A stretch of 64,000 bases of DNA from Nitrospinales bacterium (GTDB lineage: Bacteria > Nitrospinota > Nitrospinia > Nitrospinales > VA-1), in NCBI GenBank assembly GCA_965223795.1, contig CBDCXL010000002.1, positions 1,792,001 through 1,856,000 on the forward strand, in the 5' to 3' direction. Positions 55,997 through 64,000 of the stretch are shown here, piece by piece. The notes under the pieces are model-generated. The model saw only the letters and a program-made list of their open reading frames with translations, made no database searches and was not told the DNA's origin. The position numbers were made by a program, and so were the translations under genes. The number at the start of each line of letters is the position of its first letter. Position 1 is the first letter of the stretch.

Positions 55997-57289
55997 TCAT
56001 CCAACATTCAATGTTTCCAGAATGATTCCGGCCATGCGCGCGGATGCGCCCCGGTGGTTTTCGATCAGCGCGGGTGCGCCTGCGGCAATGCGGGAGCGCG
56101 CGGCTTCGTCGTCGAGCAGACGCGTCAGGGTTTCGGTCATCTCCTGCTCGTTGCGCACTTCAAAGGCGCAGCCCTGTTCCTGAAATTCCGTTGCCAATGG
56201 ACGGAAGTTTTCGATGTGGGGTCCGTGCAGGACCGGAATGCCGCAGGCGGCCGGTTCCATCAGGCTGTGGCCGCCGCCCGGCGGCAGCAGGCTCCTGCCG
56301 ACGAAGGCGATCTGGGCGATGGCGTAAGCGGATGCGAGTTCGCCCATCGTGTCGAGCAGCAGCACGTCGCGCACTTCGGCATGGGCGGGATCGATTCTGG
56401 AACGCCGTGCGAACGGGATCTTGCGCCGGGTCAGCAGGGCGGTGAGATCGCCGATCCGTTCCAGCCGTCTGGGCGCGAGGATCAACAGCAGATCCGGGAA
56501 ACGGCTTTTCAGTTTTTGATGGACGCTCAAAACGATTTCTTCTTCTCCCGCGTGCGTGCTCCCGGCCACCCAGACGCGGCCGGAGTCGGGAATGCGAAGT
56601 TCGTTGCGGATCGCGGTTCGTTCCTGCGGCGGGATGATTTGCAATCCGTCGAATTTGGGATCGCCGGTCACCTGCACGCGTGCGCGGTCCACACCCAATA
56701 CACGCATCGCTTCGGCGCCGCCGGCGTTGTTCATGCCGAGCAGGTCGAAGCGGTTGAACACGGTGCGGAAAAAGGAACGCAATACCTGGTAGCGGCGCAG
56801 CGACCTTTTGGAGATGCGGCCGTTGAACAGCAGCGCCGGGATCTTTTTGCGATCCAAATGATGCAGAAAGCCGGGCCAGAATCCGGTGTCCATGAGCACG
56901 AACAGGTCCGGACGGATGCGCTCGACCGCCGCCTTGTTGCAAGGCCAGGCGTCGTGGGGATGAAAAAAAATCCGGTCCGCAAAATCGAGGTGCTGTTGCG
57001 CGCCGTCGTAACCTGTGTCGGTGGTGACCGAGACCGCGATGCGGATGCCGGGCGCTTTCTGTTTGAGAGCGTGGAGAACCGGTCTGGCGGCGGTCACTTC
57101 TCCGAGAGACAACGCGTGCAGCCACAGGGTCGGGGTGTCCGGCAAATCCGCTTCCGGCAGCGGCGGCACAAAGCCCAGGCGGTGCCAGAGACCCCTTCTT
57201 TTTTTGCCGGTCGTAAGAGCGTGGATGAACGAAAACGGCGCTGCCAGCAGGACAGCCAGCGTGGAAATGATGTGGTACAGCGGCATCAT
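55997..57289 (-). CDS. waaA: Kdo transferase WaaA/KdtA family, divergent paralog
   Basis: WLHALSLGE, NGRIS, GDPKFD, AGSTH.GEE, APR, AFVGRSL..GGH..EPA. Confidence 0.8.
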   Translation of the reverse strand: MMPLYHIISTLAVLLAAPFSFIHALTTGKKRRGLWHRLGFVPPLPEADLPDTPTLWLHALSLGEVTAARPVLHALKQKAPGIRIAVSVTTDTGYDGAQQHLDFADRIFFHPHDAWPCNKAAVERIRPDLFVLMDTGFWPGFLHHLDRKKIPALLFNGRISKRSLRRYQVLRSFFRTVFNRFDLLGMNNAGGAEAMRVLGVDRARVQVTGDPKFDGLQIIPPQERTAIRNELRIPDSGRVWVAGSTHAGEEEIVLSVHQKLKSRFPDLLLILAPRRLERIGDLTALLTRRKIPFARRSRIDPAHAEVRDVLLLDTMGELASAYAIAQIAFVGRSLLPPGGGHSLMEPAACGIPVLHGPHIENFRPLATEFQEQGCAFEVRNEQEMTETLTRLLDDEAARSRIAAGAPALIENHRGASARMAGIILETLNVG

Positions 57290-57356
57290 GGGAAGGGATT
57301 TACTTCCGCTCCGCATGCGGGGACGCGGAGGCCGGAAGGTGGATGCAGGGAATGGA

Positions 57357-58646
57357 TCATGCGCGGTGTTCCGGGGCGGTGTTCGAAATGGAACGGCGGA
57401 GTTTGCGAATCCATTCGATGTTTTTTTTCACCGCGCCGCGGTTTTTTTCGACGGTTTCTCTGGCGAGCCTGCCGCGGCGCATTCGTTCGTCAGGGTCGGT
57501 CAGGAGTTTTTGCAGAACGGTCTCAAGCTGTTCGGGACGTTCGATCTGGATACCGCCTCCCGCTTCGCGCAGCAGCCGCGCTTCTTCCTCGAAATTGTTC
57601 ATGTGCCTGCCGTACACGACGGGCAGGCCGAAACCGGCGGGTTCCAGAATATTGTGTCCGCCGAAGCGCGGGTTGAAGCCGCCGCCCACGAAGGCGACGG
57701 CGGCCCGGGCGTAAAAGGAATTCAGCGCGCCCAGTGTGTTGAGCAGGATCAACGTCCCCTCTTTGCCGTTGGCGTCGGCTTGCGTGTTCGTGTGCAACGC
57801 GTATTCGACGTTGTAGTCCGCGATCAACTGCTCCACTTCCTGACAGCGTTCCAGATGGCGCGGGGCGATGACGACGTTGAGCGACGGCACCGATTCGCGC
57901 AGCTTCAGCACCGCATCGAGAATCGGTCCTTCGTCGCCGGGACGGGTCGAACCGCACACCAGCCACGGTGCGGTTGCGGAGACATCTTTTACGGCGTGCG
58001 CGCATTCGGGATCGCTTTGCGCGTCGAACTTGACGTTGCCGGTCACGGAAATTTTTTCGTCGTCGACTCCCAGTGAGCGCAGGCGATCCGCGTCGATTTT
58101 AGAGCGCATGGAAAAATGCGTCACCGCACCGGCGAGCCATTGGAAGAACGGCCGCACCGCCGCGTAACGGCTGCGGGATGTTTCCGACATGCGGCCGTTG
58201 GCGAGCAGCACCGGAACTTTTCTTTGTTTCAACACACCCAGCAGCGACGGCCACAATTCCGCTTCGATCAGAACCAAAATAGAGGGTTGAAGTTTGTCGA
58301 GCAGTGGCTTGAGCCACAAGGGGTGGTCGAACGGCAGGCGGAACACCGGGACGCCGCTTTCCTTTTGCGCCAGCTCGAATCCGGTGCGGGTGAAGGTGGA
58401 CAGCACGATGGGCGCGGCGTCGTCCTCCTGCTTGAGGGCGCGGATGAGCAGCTGCGCCGCCCGCACCTCGCCGACGGACGATGCGTGCAGCCACAGGCAG
58501 CCCGGTGCCGGTTGCAAATCGCTGCCGCCTTTGTGGCGCGCCCACATTTCTTTGCGAAAGCCGGAGTCGAACGCAAACCGTATGATAACGAAGGGGAATG
58601 CAGTTAGCAGGGCGGCGCTGAGGATGATAGAATACGCGAATTGCAT
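57357..58646 (-). CDS. waaA: Kdo transferase WaaA/KdtA
   Basis: WLHASSVGE, IEAELWP, NGRMS, GNVKFD, APRH.ER, GGHNILEPA. Confidence 0.9.
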   Translation of the reverse strand: MQFAYSIILSAALLTAFPFVIIRFAFDSGFRKEMWARHKGGSDLQPAPGCLWLHASSVGEVRAAQLLIRALKQEDDAAPIVLSTFTRTGFELAQKESGVPVFRLPFDHPLWLKPLLDKLQPSILVLIEAELWPSLLGVLKQRKVPVLLANGRMSETSRSRYAAVRPFFQWLAGAVTHFSMRSKIDADRLRSLGVDDEKISVTGNVKFDAQSDPECAHAVKDVSATAPWLVCGSTRPGDEGPILDAVLKLRESVPSLNVVIAPRHLERCQEVEQLIADYNVEYALHTNTQADANGKEGTLILLNTLGALNSFYARAAVAFVGGGFNPRFGGHNILEPAGFGLPVVYGRHMNNFEEEARLLREAGGGIQIERPEQLETVLQKLLTDPDERMRRGRLARETVEKNRGAVKKNIEWIRKLRRSISNTAPEHRA

Positions 58647-58688
58647 AGCCCGGAGTATAACCCGAATCGAACGCACAGGTTTGTATTA

Positions 58689-59795
58689 ATGCAGTGGGAA
58701 AAATGGTTCTACCGCACGCTCGCCCCCGACCGGCCGCTGTACCTTGCGCCGCTTTACGCACTGCTTCGGGCGGGATCGCTGATTTACGCCCTGGGCCACC
58801 GGCTGCGCATGCGGGCCTACCGCCGCGGTCGCATCGAAGTGCTCGAGCTGCCCTGCCGCGTCGTCAGCGTCGGCAACCTGACTCTCGGCGGCACGGGCAA
58901 GACGCCGCTGGTGATCTGGATCGCGCAGGCGCTTCAGGGGCAGGGCCTGAAGCCCGCCATCCTCAGCCGCGGTTACGGCGGCACCGCGCAACAGGGCGTG
59001 AACGTGGTGAGCGACGGCGAGCGGGTGCTTCTGTCCGCAGAACAGGCGGGTGACGAACCGGTGATGCTGGCCGAACGGCTCAAGACCGTTCCGGTGCTGA
59101 CGGGGGCGGATCGCTGCGCCACGGGACGGCACGCCATCGACCGTCTGGGCGCGGACACGCTGATCCTCGACGACGGTTACCAGCGCCTGGATCTGGCACG
59201 GGACGCGAACCTGCTTTTGTTTGATGAAAAAAAACCGCTGGGCAACGGCCGCTTGTTCCCGGCGGGCATTCTGCGCGAACCGCTCACGGAAATGAAAAGG
59301 GCGGATCTGGTGGTGCTCACCCGCTGCGGCAAAGAACCTGCTTTCTCAGTATTGGATGAGATCGTTCCCGAGGAGACCCCCGTTGTGCGCACCGCGCTCA
59401 AGCTGACGGGTTTCGTGCGGCTGGGCACCGGCCGTCTGTCGGCGCCGGGTTTTCTGAAAGACAAACCGGTCGCCGCGGTGAGCGGCATCGCCAACCCGAG
59501 GGACTTTCACAACACGCTGACGAACGCCGGGGCGCGCCTCGTCTGGTCGCGTGCCTACGGAGATCATCACCGTTTCACCGCACGGGATCTGGAGGACATC
59601 GGGCAGGCGGCGAAAACGGCGGGGGCCGAGTGCCTGGTGGTGACGGAGAAGGACAGCGTCAAGTTCGACGTGCGGGAAGAAGCCGCGCTTCCGGTTTATA
59701 AAACCATCGTGGACGTGGATATCCTGGAAGGCGAGGACATCCTGACGCGGACGATCCTGGGCGGCCGCCGGGAGACCGCGCCGCGGCCGTCCTGA
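58689..59795 (+). CDS. lpxK: Tetraacyldisaccharide 4'-kinase
   Basis: VGNLTLGGTGKTP, LSRGYG, GDEP, LDDGYQ, G.LREP, DHH, TEKD.VK. Confidence 0.95.
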   Translation: MQWEKWFYRTLAPDRPLYLAPLYALLRAGSLIYALGHRLRMRAYRRGRIEVLELPCRVVSVGNLTLGGTGKTPLVIWIAQALQGQGLKPAILSRGYGGTAQQGVNVVSDGERVLLSAEQAGDEPVMLAERLKTVPVLTGADRCATGRHAIDRLGADTLILDDGYQRLDLARDANLLLFDEKKPLGNGRLFPAGILREPLTEMKRADLVVLTRCGKEPAFSVLDEIVPEETPVVRTALKLTGFVRLGTGRLSAPGFLKDKPVAAVSGIANPRDFHNTLTNAGARLVWSRAYGDHHRFTARDLEDIGQAAKTAGAECLVVTEKDSVKFDVREEAALPVYKTIVDVDILEGEDILTRTILGGRRETAPRPS

Positions 59796-59828
59796 AACGA
59801 AGGAGGCGCCGGGTGCGCGCACAGCCGC

Positions 59829-60284
59829 ATGGACTTTAAATCTCTGTCGTCGAATCAGCGGTTCGTGTTGAACGTGCTCGTTCCGTTTCTGTACCTGCTG
59901 CCGCTTCTGGTCGTCTATTTTTCTCCCAAACATTTCGGATTCGGTTTTGACGAAGTGGTGTATCTCGGCCTGTCTGTCGGGGCGTTCGGCGTCCTTCTCT
60001 GGATTCTGTCGATGCTGCATCTCGGCAAATCCCTCGCGGTGCTGCCGGGAGCGGAGGTGCTGGTGACGCACGGGGTGTACCGCTACCTGCGCCACCCGAT
60101 CTACTGGGGCATCTTCCTGACGCTGCTGGGCCTGTTCCTCGCCTGCGGTTCGGTGTTCGGCGTTGTCTATGTTTTTATGATCGTGCTGCCGCTCAACTGG
60201 TTGCGTGCGCGCGAGGAAGACAAGGCGCTGGCGGTGCGCTTCGGCGAACGCTACACCGCCTGGCGCGACAGCACCTGGCTGTGA
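59829..60284 (+). CDS. Isoprenylcysteine carboxyl methyltransferase/PEMT-family membrane protein
   Basis: LVTHGVYRYLRHPIY, EED..L...FG..Y. Confidence 0.85.
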   Translation: MDFKSLSSNQRFVLNVLVPFLYLLPLLVVYFSPKHFGFGFDEVVYLGLSVGAFGVLLWILSMLHLGKSLAVLPGAEVLVTHGVYRYLRHPIYWGIFLTLLGLFLACGSVFGVVYVFMIVLPLNWLRAREEDKALAVRFGERYTAWRDSTWL

Positions 60285-60389
60285 CCGGGCTCCCGCCCGG
60301 AGGGAGAAGGGGCGACGATGAGTGGATATGAAAAGTAAGAAAGTTTTGGGCATTGCCCGCGTGTTTCTGTTCTGCCGGTTTTCACTAAC

Positions 60390-61625
60390 ATGAGTTCATC
60401 CATCCAAAGAATCCGCTTCCGCGCCTGCATCACCGGGCCGGAAACGGTTGTGGAGCACGGCGAGCTGGTGATCGAGGACGGAATCATCCAGAGCGTCCTG
60501 GATACGCCCACTCAAGCGGCGGAGGCGGAAGTGCTGGATCTTTCCGATCACCTGCTGCTGCCCGGCTTCGTGAACGCGCACAGCCACCTGGCGCTTTCGG
60601 CGCTCTCGGGCAAACTCTCCCGCAAGGAACGCTTCACCGACTGGGTGCGCGATCTTCTCAACGCCGACGCGCAAATTTCCGAAGCGGAGCGGCTCGAAGC
60701 GATGCAGGCAGGCGCGTGGGCCATGCTGGAATCGGGGGTGACGGCGCTGGGCGACTTCGCCGGGAATGCGGGTCTGCTCGATGCCATGGTGCGGCTGCCG
60801 TTTCGCATGGTGGTGTTTCTGGAAACGCTGGGTTTTCGCGATGACCGGATGGATGCGACGCTCGAGCGCGTGCGTTCGGTTCTTGAGGTGGTTCCGGCGG
60901 ATGACGGTTTGCTGCGGCTCGGCCTCGCGCCGCACGCGCCGTATTCTGTGTCGCCGCGGCTGCTGTGCGAACTCAAACAGCTGGCGTCGCAATACGAAGT
61001 GCCGTTCTCCTGCCACGTCGCCGAGTTTCCCGAAGAGGTGCGGTTCCTCAGGCATGGCGGCGGCGAGCTGGAGGCGTTTCTCAAGGAGCGCGGGGCCTAC
61101 GATGCGGACTGGCGGCCGCCGGGTCAAAGCCCGGCCGCTTATCTGGACGGGCTCGGCGTTCTCGATGGCATGACGGCGGTGCACCTCAACGAAGTGGATG
61201 GGGATCTCGGACTGCTCTCCGAGCGCGGCGTGCGCGCGGTGTTCTGTCCCGGCGGCACGCAGTGGTTCGGCCGCACGCGCGCAATGCCGGTGCGCGCTTT
61301 GCTCGACCGCGGCGTGAGCGTCGGGCTCGGCACCGATTCCTTAGCCAGCAACGCTTCGCTGAACTTTCTGCGCGAGCTTAAAATCGCGGAAGCGCTGCTG
61401 CCAGATGTTTCGCGCTGGGAGATTATTCAAATGGCGACCGAAGGCGGGGCGCAGGCGCTGCGGATCAACGCGGGAACCATCGCGCCCGGCCGCTGCGCGG
61501 ACCTCACCGGATTCCGCATTGAAGAAACACCCGCATCCTGGGCGGACGCGCCGTTTATGCCCGAACGGCAGCGGGCGGACTTTGTGATGGTGCAGGGAAA
61601 GCCCGTTTTTTCAAGTTCCTTGTGA
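60390..61625 (+). CDS. Amidohydrolase (nucleoside deaminase-like, e.g. MTA/SAH or aminofutalosine deaminase)
   Basis: PGFVNAHSH, PHAPYS, HVAE..EE, AVH, LGTDS. Confidence 0.8.
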   Translation: MSSSIQRIRFRACITGPETVVEHGELVIEDGIIQSVLDTPTQAAEAEVLDLSDHLLLPGFVNAHSHLALSALSGKLSRKERFTDWVRDLLNADAQISEAERLEAMQAGAWAMLESGVTALGDFAGNAGLLDAMVRLPFRMVVFLETLGFRDDRMDATLERVRSVLEVVPADDGLLRLGLAPHAPYSVSPRLLCELKQLASQYEVPFSCHVAEFPEEVRFLRHGGGELEAFLKERGAYDADWRPPGQSPAAYLDGLGVLDGMTAVHLNEVDGDLGLLSERGVRAVFCPGGTQWFGRTRAMPVRALLDRGVSVGLGTDSLASNASLNFLRELKIAEALLPDVSRWEIIQMATEGGAQALRINAGTIAPGRCADLTGFRIEETPASWADAPFMPERQRADFVMVQGKPVFSSSL

Positions 61626-61701
61626 TGAGTTTCGCGCAATGTTTCGCAGGCAGGTATAATGGTGTGCAAACGACATCATCGAATTCGTTAGAGGCTATGG
61701 C

Positions 61702-62862
61702 GTGAAAGCTCTGGTATTGGACATACAACGCGACGAGTGGGAAACGACCACCGGGATGGACATTCAGGATGTTCCTGAACCGGGACTGGACGAATCCGCC
61801 CATCCGGACGACGCCAGCAAGGTCATCATCAAGCCCCGCTTCACCGGTTTCTGCGGTTCGGACAAGGGCATCTGGTTCCGACACGCGTTCAAGGACATGA
61901 TCTTCGATTCCATCGAGCGTGAGCACGCGCCGTACCGCATCTGCGGACACGAGCTGCTGGGCGAGGTGATGGACGCCGGTTCGTATTCGGCCAAGACCTA
62001 CGGCTTCAAGCCGGGAGACATCGTCTCGACGGAATCGCACATCTTCTGCGGCCGCTGCCATCAATGCAAGATCGGCGAAGAGCACGTGTGCTCCGACCAT
62101 CTCATCATCGGCATCTCCACCGACGGTTGTTTCGCCGACTACGTCAAGCTGCCGGCCAAGGAACTCTGGCGCACGGACACCGACAAGATCCGCCCGGAGG
62201 TGGCGGCGATCCAGGAACCTTTGGGCAATGCGGTGCACGCCTTGAGCCGCGTGGATGTGCGTGGCAAGTCGATCGCCATATTCGGCTGCGGCACGATCGG
62301 GTTGTTTTCCATCCTGGTGGCGCGCGCCATGGGTGCGACGAACATCATCGGCGTCGATCCCAATCCGTCGCACCTTAACATGGCGGAACAACTGGGAGTC
62401 GATTGCACGATCGAGGTGGACAAGGACAAGCCGGCGGTCCCCGGGCACGGCGCGGATCAGGACATCGTCGCGGCCATCCACAAACACTGCAAGGGGCGCG
62501 GCGTCGATGTGGCGTACGAGATGTCCGGCAACAACCAGGCGCTGAACACGGCGATCCAGTCGGTGCGGCCGGGCGGCGACGTCATCCTGTTCGGTCTGTG
62601 CGGCGGCGATTTCACGCTGCAGAATTTTCAGAACATCGTGCTGCACGGGAAGACCCTGCATGGCATCGTCGGCCGCCGCGTGTTCCAGACCTGGTACATC
62701 ATGCGCAATCTTTTGGAATCCAGACACCACGATCTGCAGGACAAGATTTTCGACGTCATCCTGAACCGGGGCGAGGGCACCATCGTGCCGTTTGAGGGTT
62801 TTGACAAACAGCGTTTCGACGGCCTGATCCGCGAGCATCCGAAAATCGTGATGAAACACTGA
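61702..62862 (+). CDS. tdh: Zn-dependent dehydrogenase, L-threonine 3-dehydrogenase-like
   Basis: CGSD, GHE, ESHIFCGRCHQC...C, EPLGNAVH, GCGTIG, EMSG, GIVGR; immediately upstream of kbl. Confidence 0.75.
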   Translation: MKALVLDIQRDEWETTTGMDIQDVPEPGLDESAHPDDASKVIIKPRFTGFCGSDKGIWFRHAFKDMIFDSIEREHAPYRICGHELLGEVMDAGSYSAKTYGFKPGDIVSTESHIFCGRCHQCKIGEEHVCSDHLIIGISTDGCFADYVKLPAKELWRTDTDKIRPEVAAIQEPLGNAVHALSRVDVRGKSIAIFGCGTIGLFSILVARAMGATNIIGVDPNPSHLNMAEQLGVDCTIEVDKDKPAVPGHGADQDIVAAIHKHCKGRGVDVAYEMSGNNQALNTAIQSVRPGGDVILFGLCGGDFTLQNFQNIVLHGKTLHGIVGRRVFQTWYIMRNLLESRHHDLQDKIFDVILNRGEGTIVPFEGFDKQRFDGLIREHPKIVMKH

Positions 62863-62874
62863 GGGAGTTCCCCG

Positions 62875-64000
62875 ATGCCCGACAGCATGACCGAATCGAT
62901 CGGTGAAGAACTGCAATCCATCCGCGAGGCCGGGTTGTATAAGGATGAGCGGGTGCTGGACTCGCCGCAGTCGGTGAAGATCCGCACCACCGGGGGCGAG
63001 GTCCTCAATTTCTGCGCCAACAACTACCTGGGTCTGGCGGACCATCCCGAGATCGTGCAGGCGGCCAAGCAGGCGCTGGATCGATACGGATACGGGATGG
63101 CGTCGGTGCGCTTCATCTGCGGCACGCAGGCGGTGCACAAGCAGCTGGAAGAAGCGGTGTCGCGGTTTTTAGAGACCGAGGACACCATTTTGTATTCGTC
63201 CTGCTTCGACGCCAACGCCGGCCTGTTCGAAACGCTGCTCGACACGGAGGACGCGGTGATCAGCGACCGGCTGAACCACGCGAGCATCATCGACGGCGTG
63301 CGGCTGTGCAAGGCGCAGCGCTTCCGCTACCAGCACGCGGACATGAACCACCTGGAAACGCAGCTCAAACGCGCGCAGAAATACCGCCGCCGATTGATCG
63401 CCACGGACGGGGTGTTCAGCATGGACGGGGATGTGGCACCGCTTTCCGACATCTGCGATCTGGCCGACCGTTACGGTGCGCAGGTGATGGTGGACGATTC
63501 GCACGCCACGGGGTTTTTCGGCGCAACGGGAAGGGGCAGCATCGAGCATTGCGGCGTGATGGAGCGGGTGGACATCGTCACTTCGACGTTCGGCAAGGCG
63601 CTGGGCGGCGCTTCCGGAGGGTTCACCAGCGCGAACAAGGAAGTGGTGGCGCTGCTCAGGCAGCGCAGCCGTCCCTACCTGTTTTCCAACTCCCTCGCGC
63701 CGGTGATCGCCGGGGCGACCTTAAAAGCGATCGAGCTCATCACCCGGTCGGATGGGCTGCTGTCCAGGCTCAAGGAAAACACAGCTTTTTTCCGGCAGAA
63801 GATCCAGGCCGCGGGTTTTTCCATTCAGCCGGGGGAGCATCCGATCATCCCCATCATGCTGGGAGACGCCCGTCTCGCGCACGACATGGCCGACCGCATG
63901 CTTCAGGAGGGAATCTACGTGATCGGCTTCAGCTATCCCGTGGTGCCGAAGGAAAAAGCCCGGATACGCATTCAGATTTCCGCCGCGCACGAAAAAGAGG
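62875..64000 (+). CDS. kbl: Glycine C-acetyltransferase (2-amino-3-ketobutyrate CoA ligase), truncated by the window end
   Basis: Own translation: [76 protein letters not shown]. Confidence 0.95.
   Translation, partial: MPDSMTESIGEELQSIREAGLYKDERVLDSPQSVKIRTTGGEVLNFCANNYLGLADHPEIVQAAKQALDRYGYGMASVRFICGTQAVHKQLEEAVSRFLETEDTILYSSCFDANAGLFETLLDTEDAVISDRLNHASIIDGVRLCKAQRFRYQHADMNHLETQLKRAQKYRRRLIATDGVFSMDGDVAPLSDICDLADRYGAQVMVDDSHATGFFGATGRGSIEHCGVMERVDIVTSTFGKALGGASGGFTSANKEVVALLRQRSRPYLFSNSLAPVIAGATLKAIELITRSDGLLSRLKENTAFFRQKIQAAGFSIQPGEHPIIPIMLGDARLAHDMADRMLQEGIYVIGFSYPVVPKEKARIRIQISAAHEKE

Noticed and set aside
54767..57676. 969-aa plus-strand ORF
   Set aside because: Off-frame overlap with putP and antisense to waaA; Arg/Gly/Ala-rich with no motifs; shadow ORF of GC-rich coding DNA
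1..64000. CRISPR arrays, tRNA/rRNA genes, IS elements, integrases, prophage or defence genes
   Set aside because: No regularly spaced repeats, cloverleaf motifs or mobile or defence protein motifs were seen by eye; short RNAs could have been missed

Overview
A 64 kb GC-rich chromosomal window from a diderm, LPS-producing bacterium (it carries waaA x2, lpxK and lptE). Gene content and the Geobacter-like pilin and pil gene order suggest a Nitrospinota or deltaproteobacterial-type organism; this is an inference. It is mostly housekeeping DNA: fabF, miaB, aroB, nadD-rsfS-dksA, nadB-ftsK, rpsT, leuS-lptE-holA, putP, waaA/waaA/lpxK and tdh-kbl. No rRNA, tRNA, CRISPR array or transposase was recognised. 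The most interesting part is a type IVa pilus system spread over three loci, each preceded by a sigma54-type -24/-12 motif. (1) HTH-pilMNOPQ-aroB has a 506-aa non-lipoprotein PilP carrying a large extra N-terminal domain. (2) fimU-pilV-pilX-pilW has no pilY1 but two minor pilins of over 600 aa, one with Ig-like and lectin-like domains. (3) An aromatic-rich major pilin is followed by a DUF2723/TMEM260-like GT-C transferase and a polyprenol-phosphate GT2, a candidate uncharacterised pilin O-glycosylation module. The GT-C gene is interrupted by a T9 run where one extra T restores the full frame, which could be slippage, phase variation or a sequencing error. Other oddities are tandem divergent waaA paralogs, an ADP-ribosylhydrolase lacking its catalytic aspartates, a pseudo-receiver behind an anti-SD-loop hairpin, a tandem di-heme DUF3365 protein and several apparently leaderless genes. 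All family calls come from motifs recognised by eye; no database search was run.
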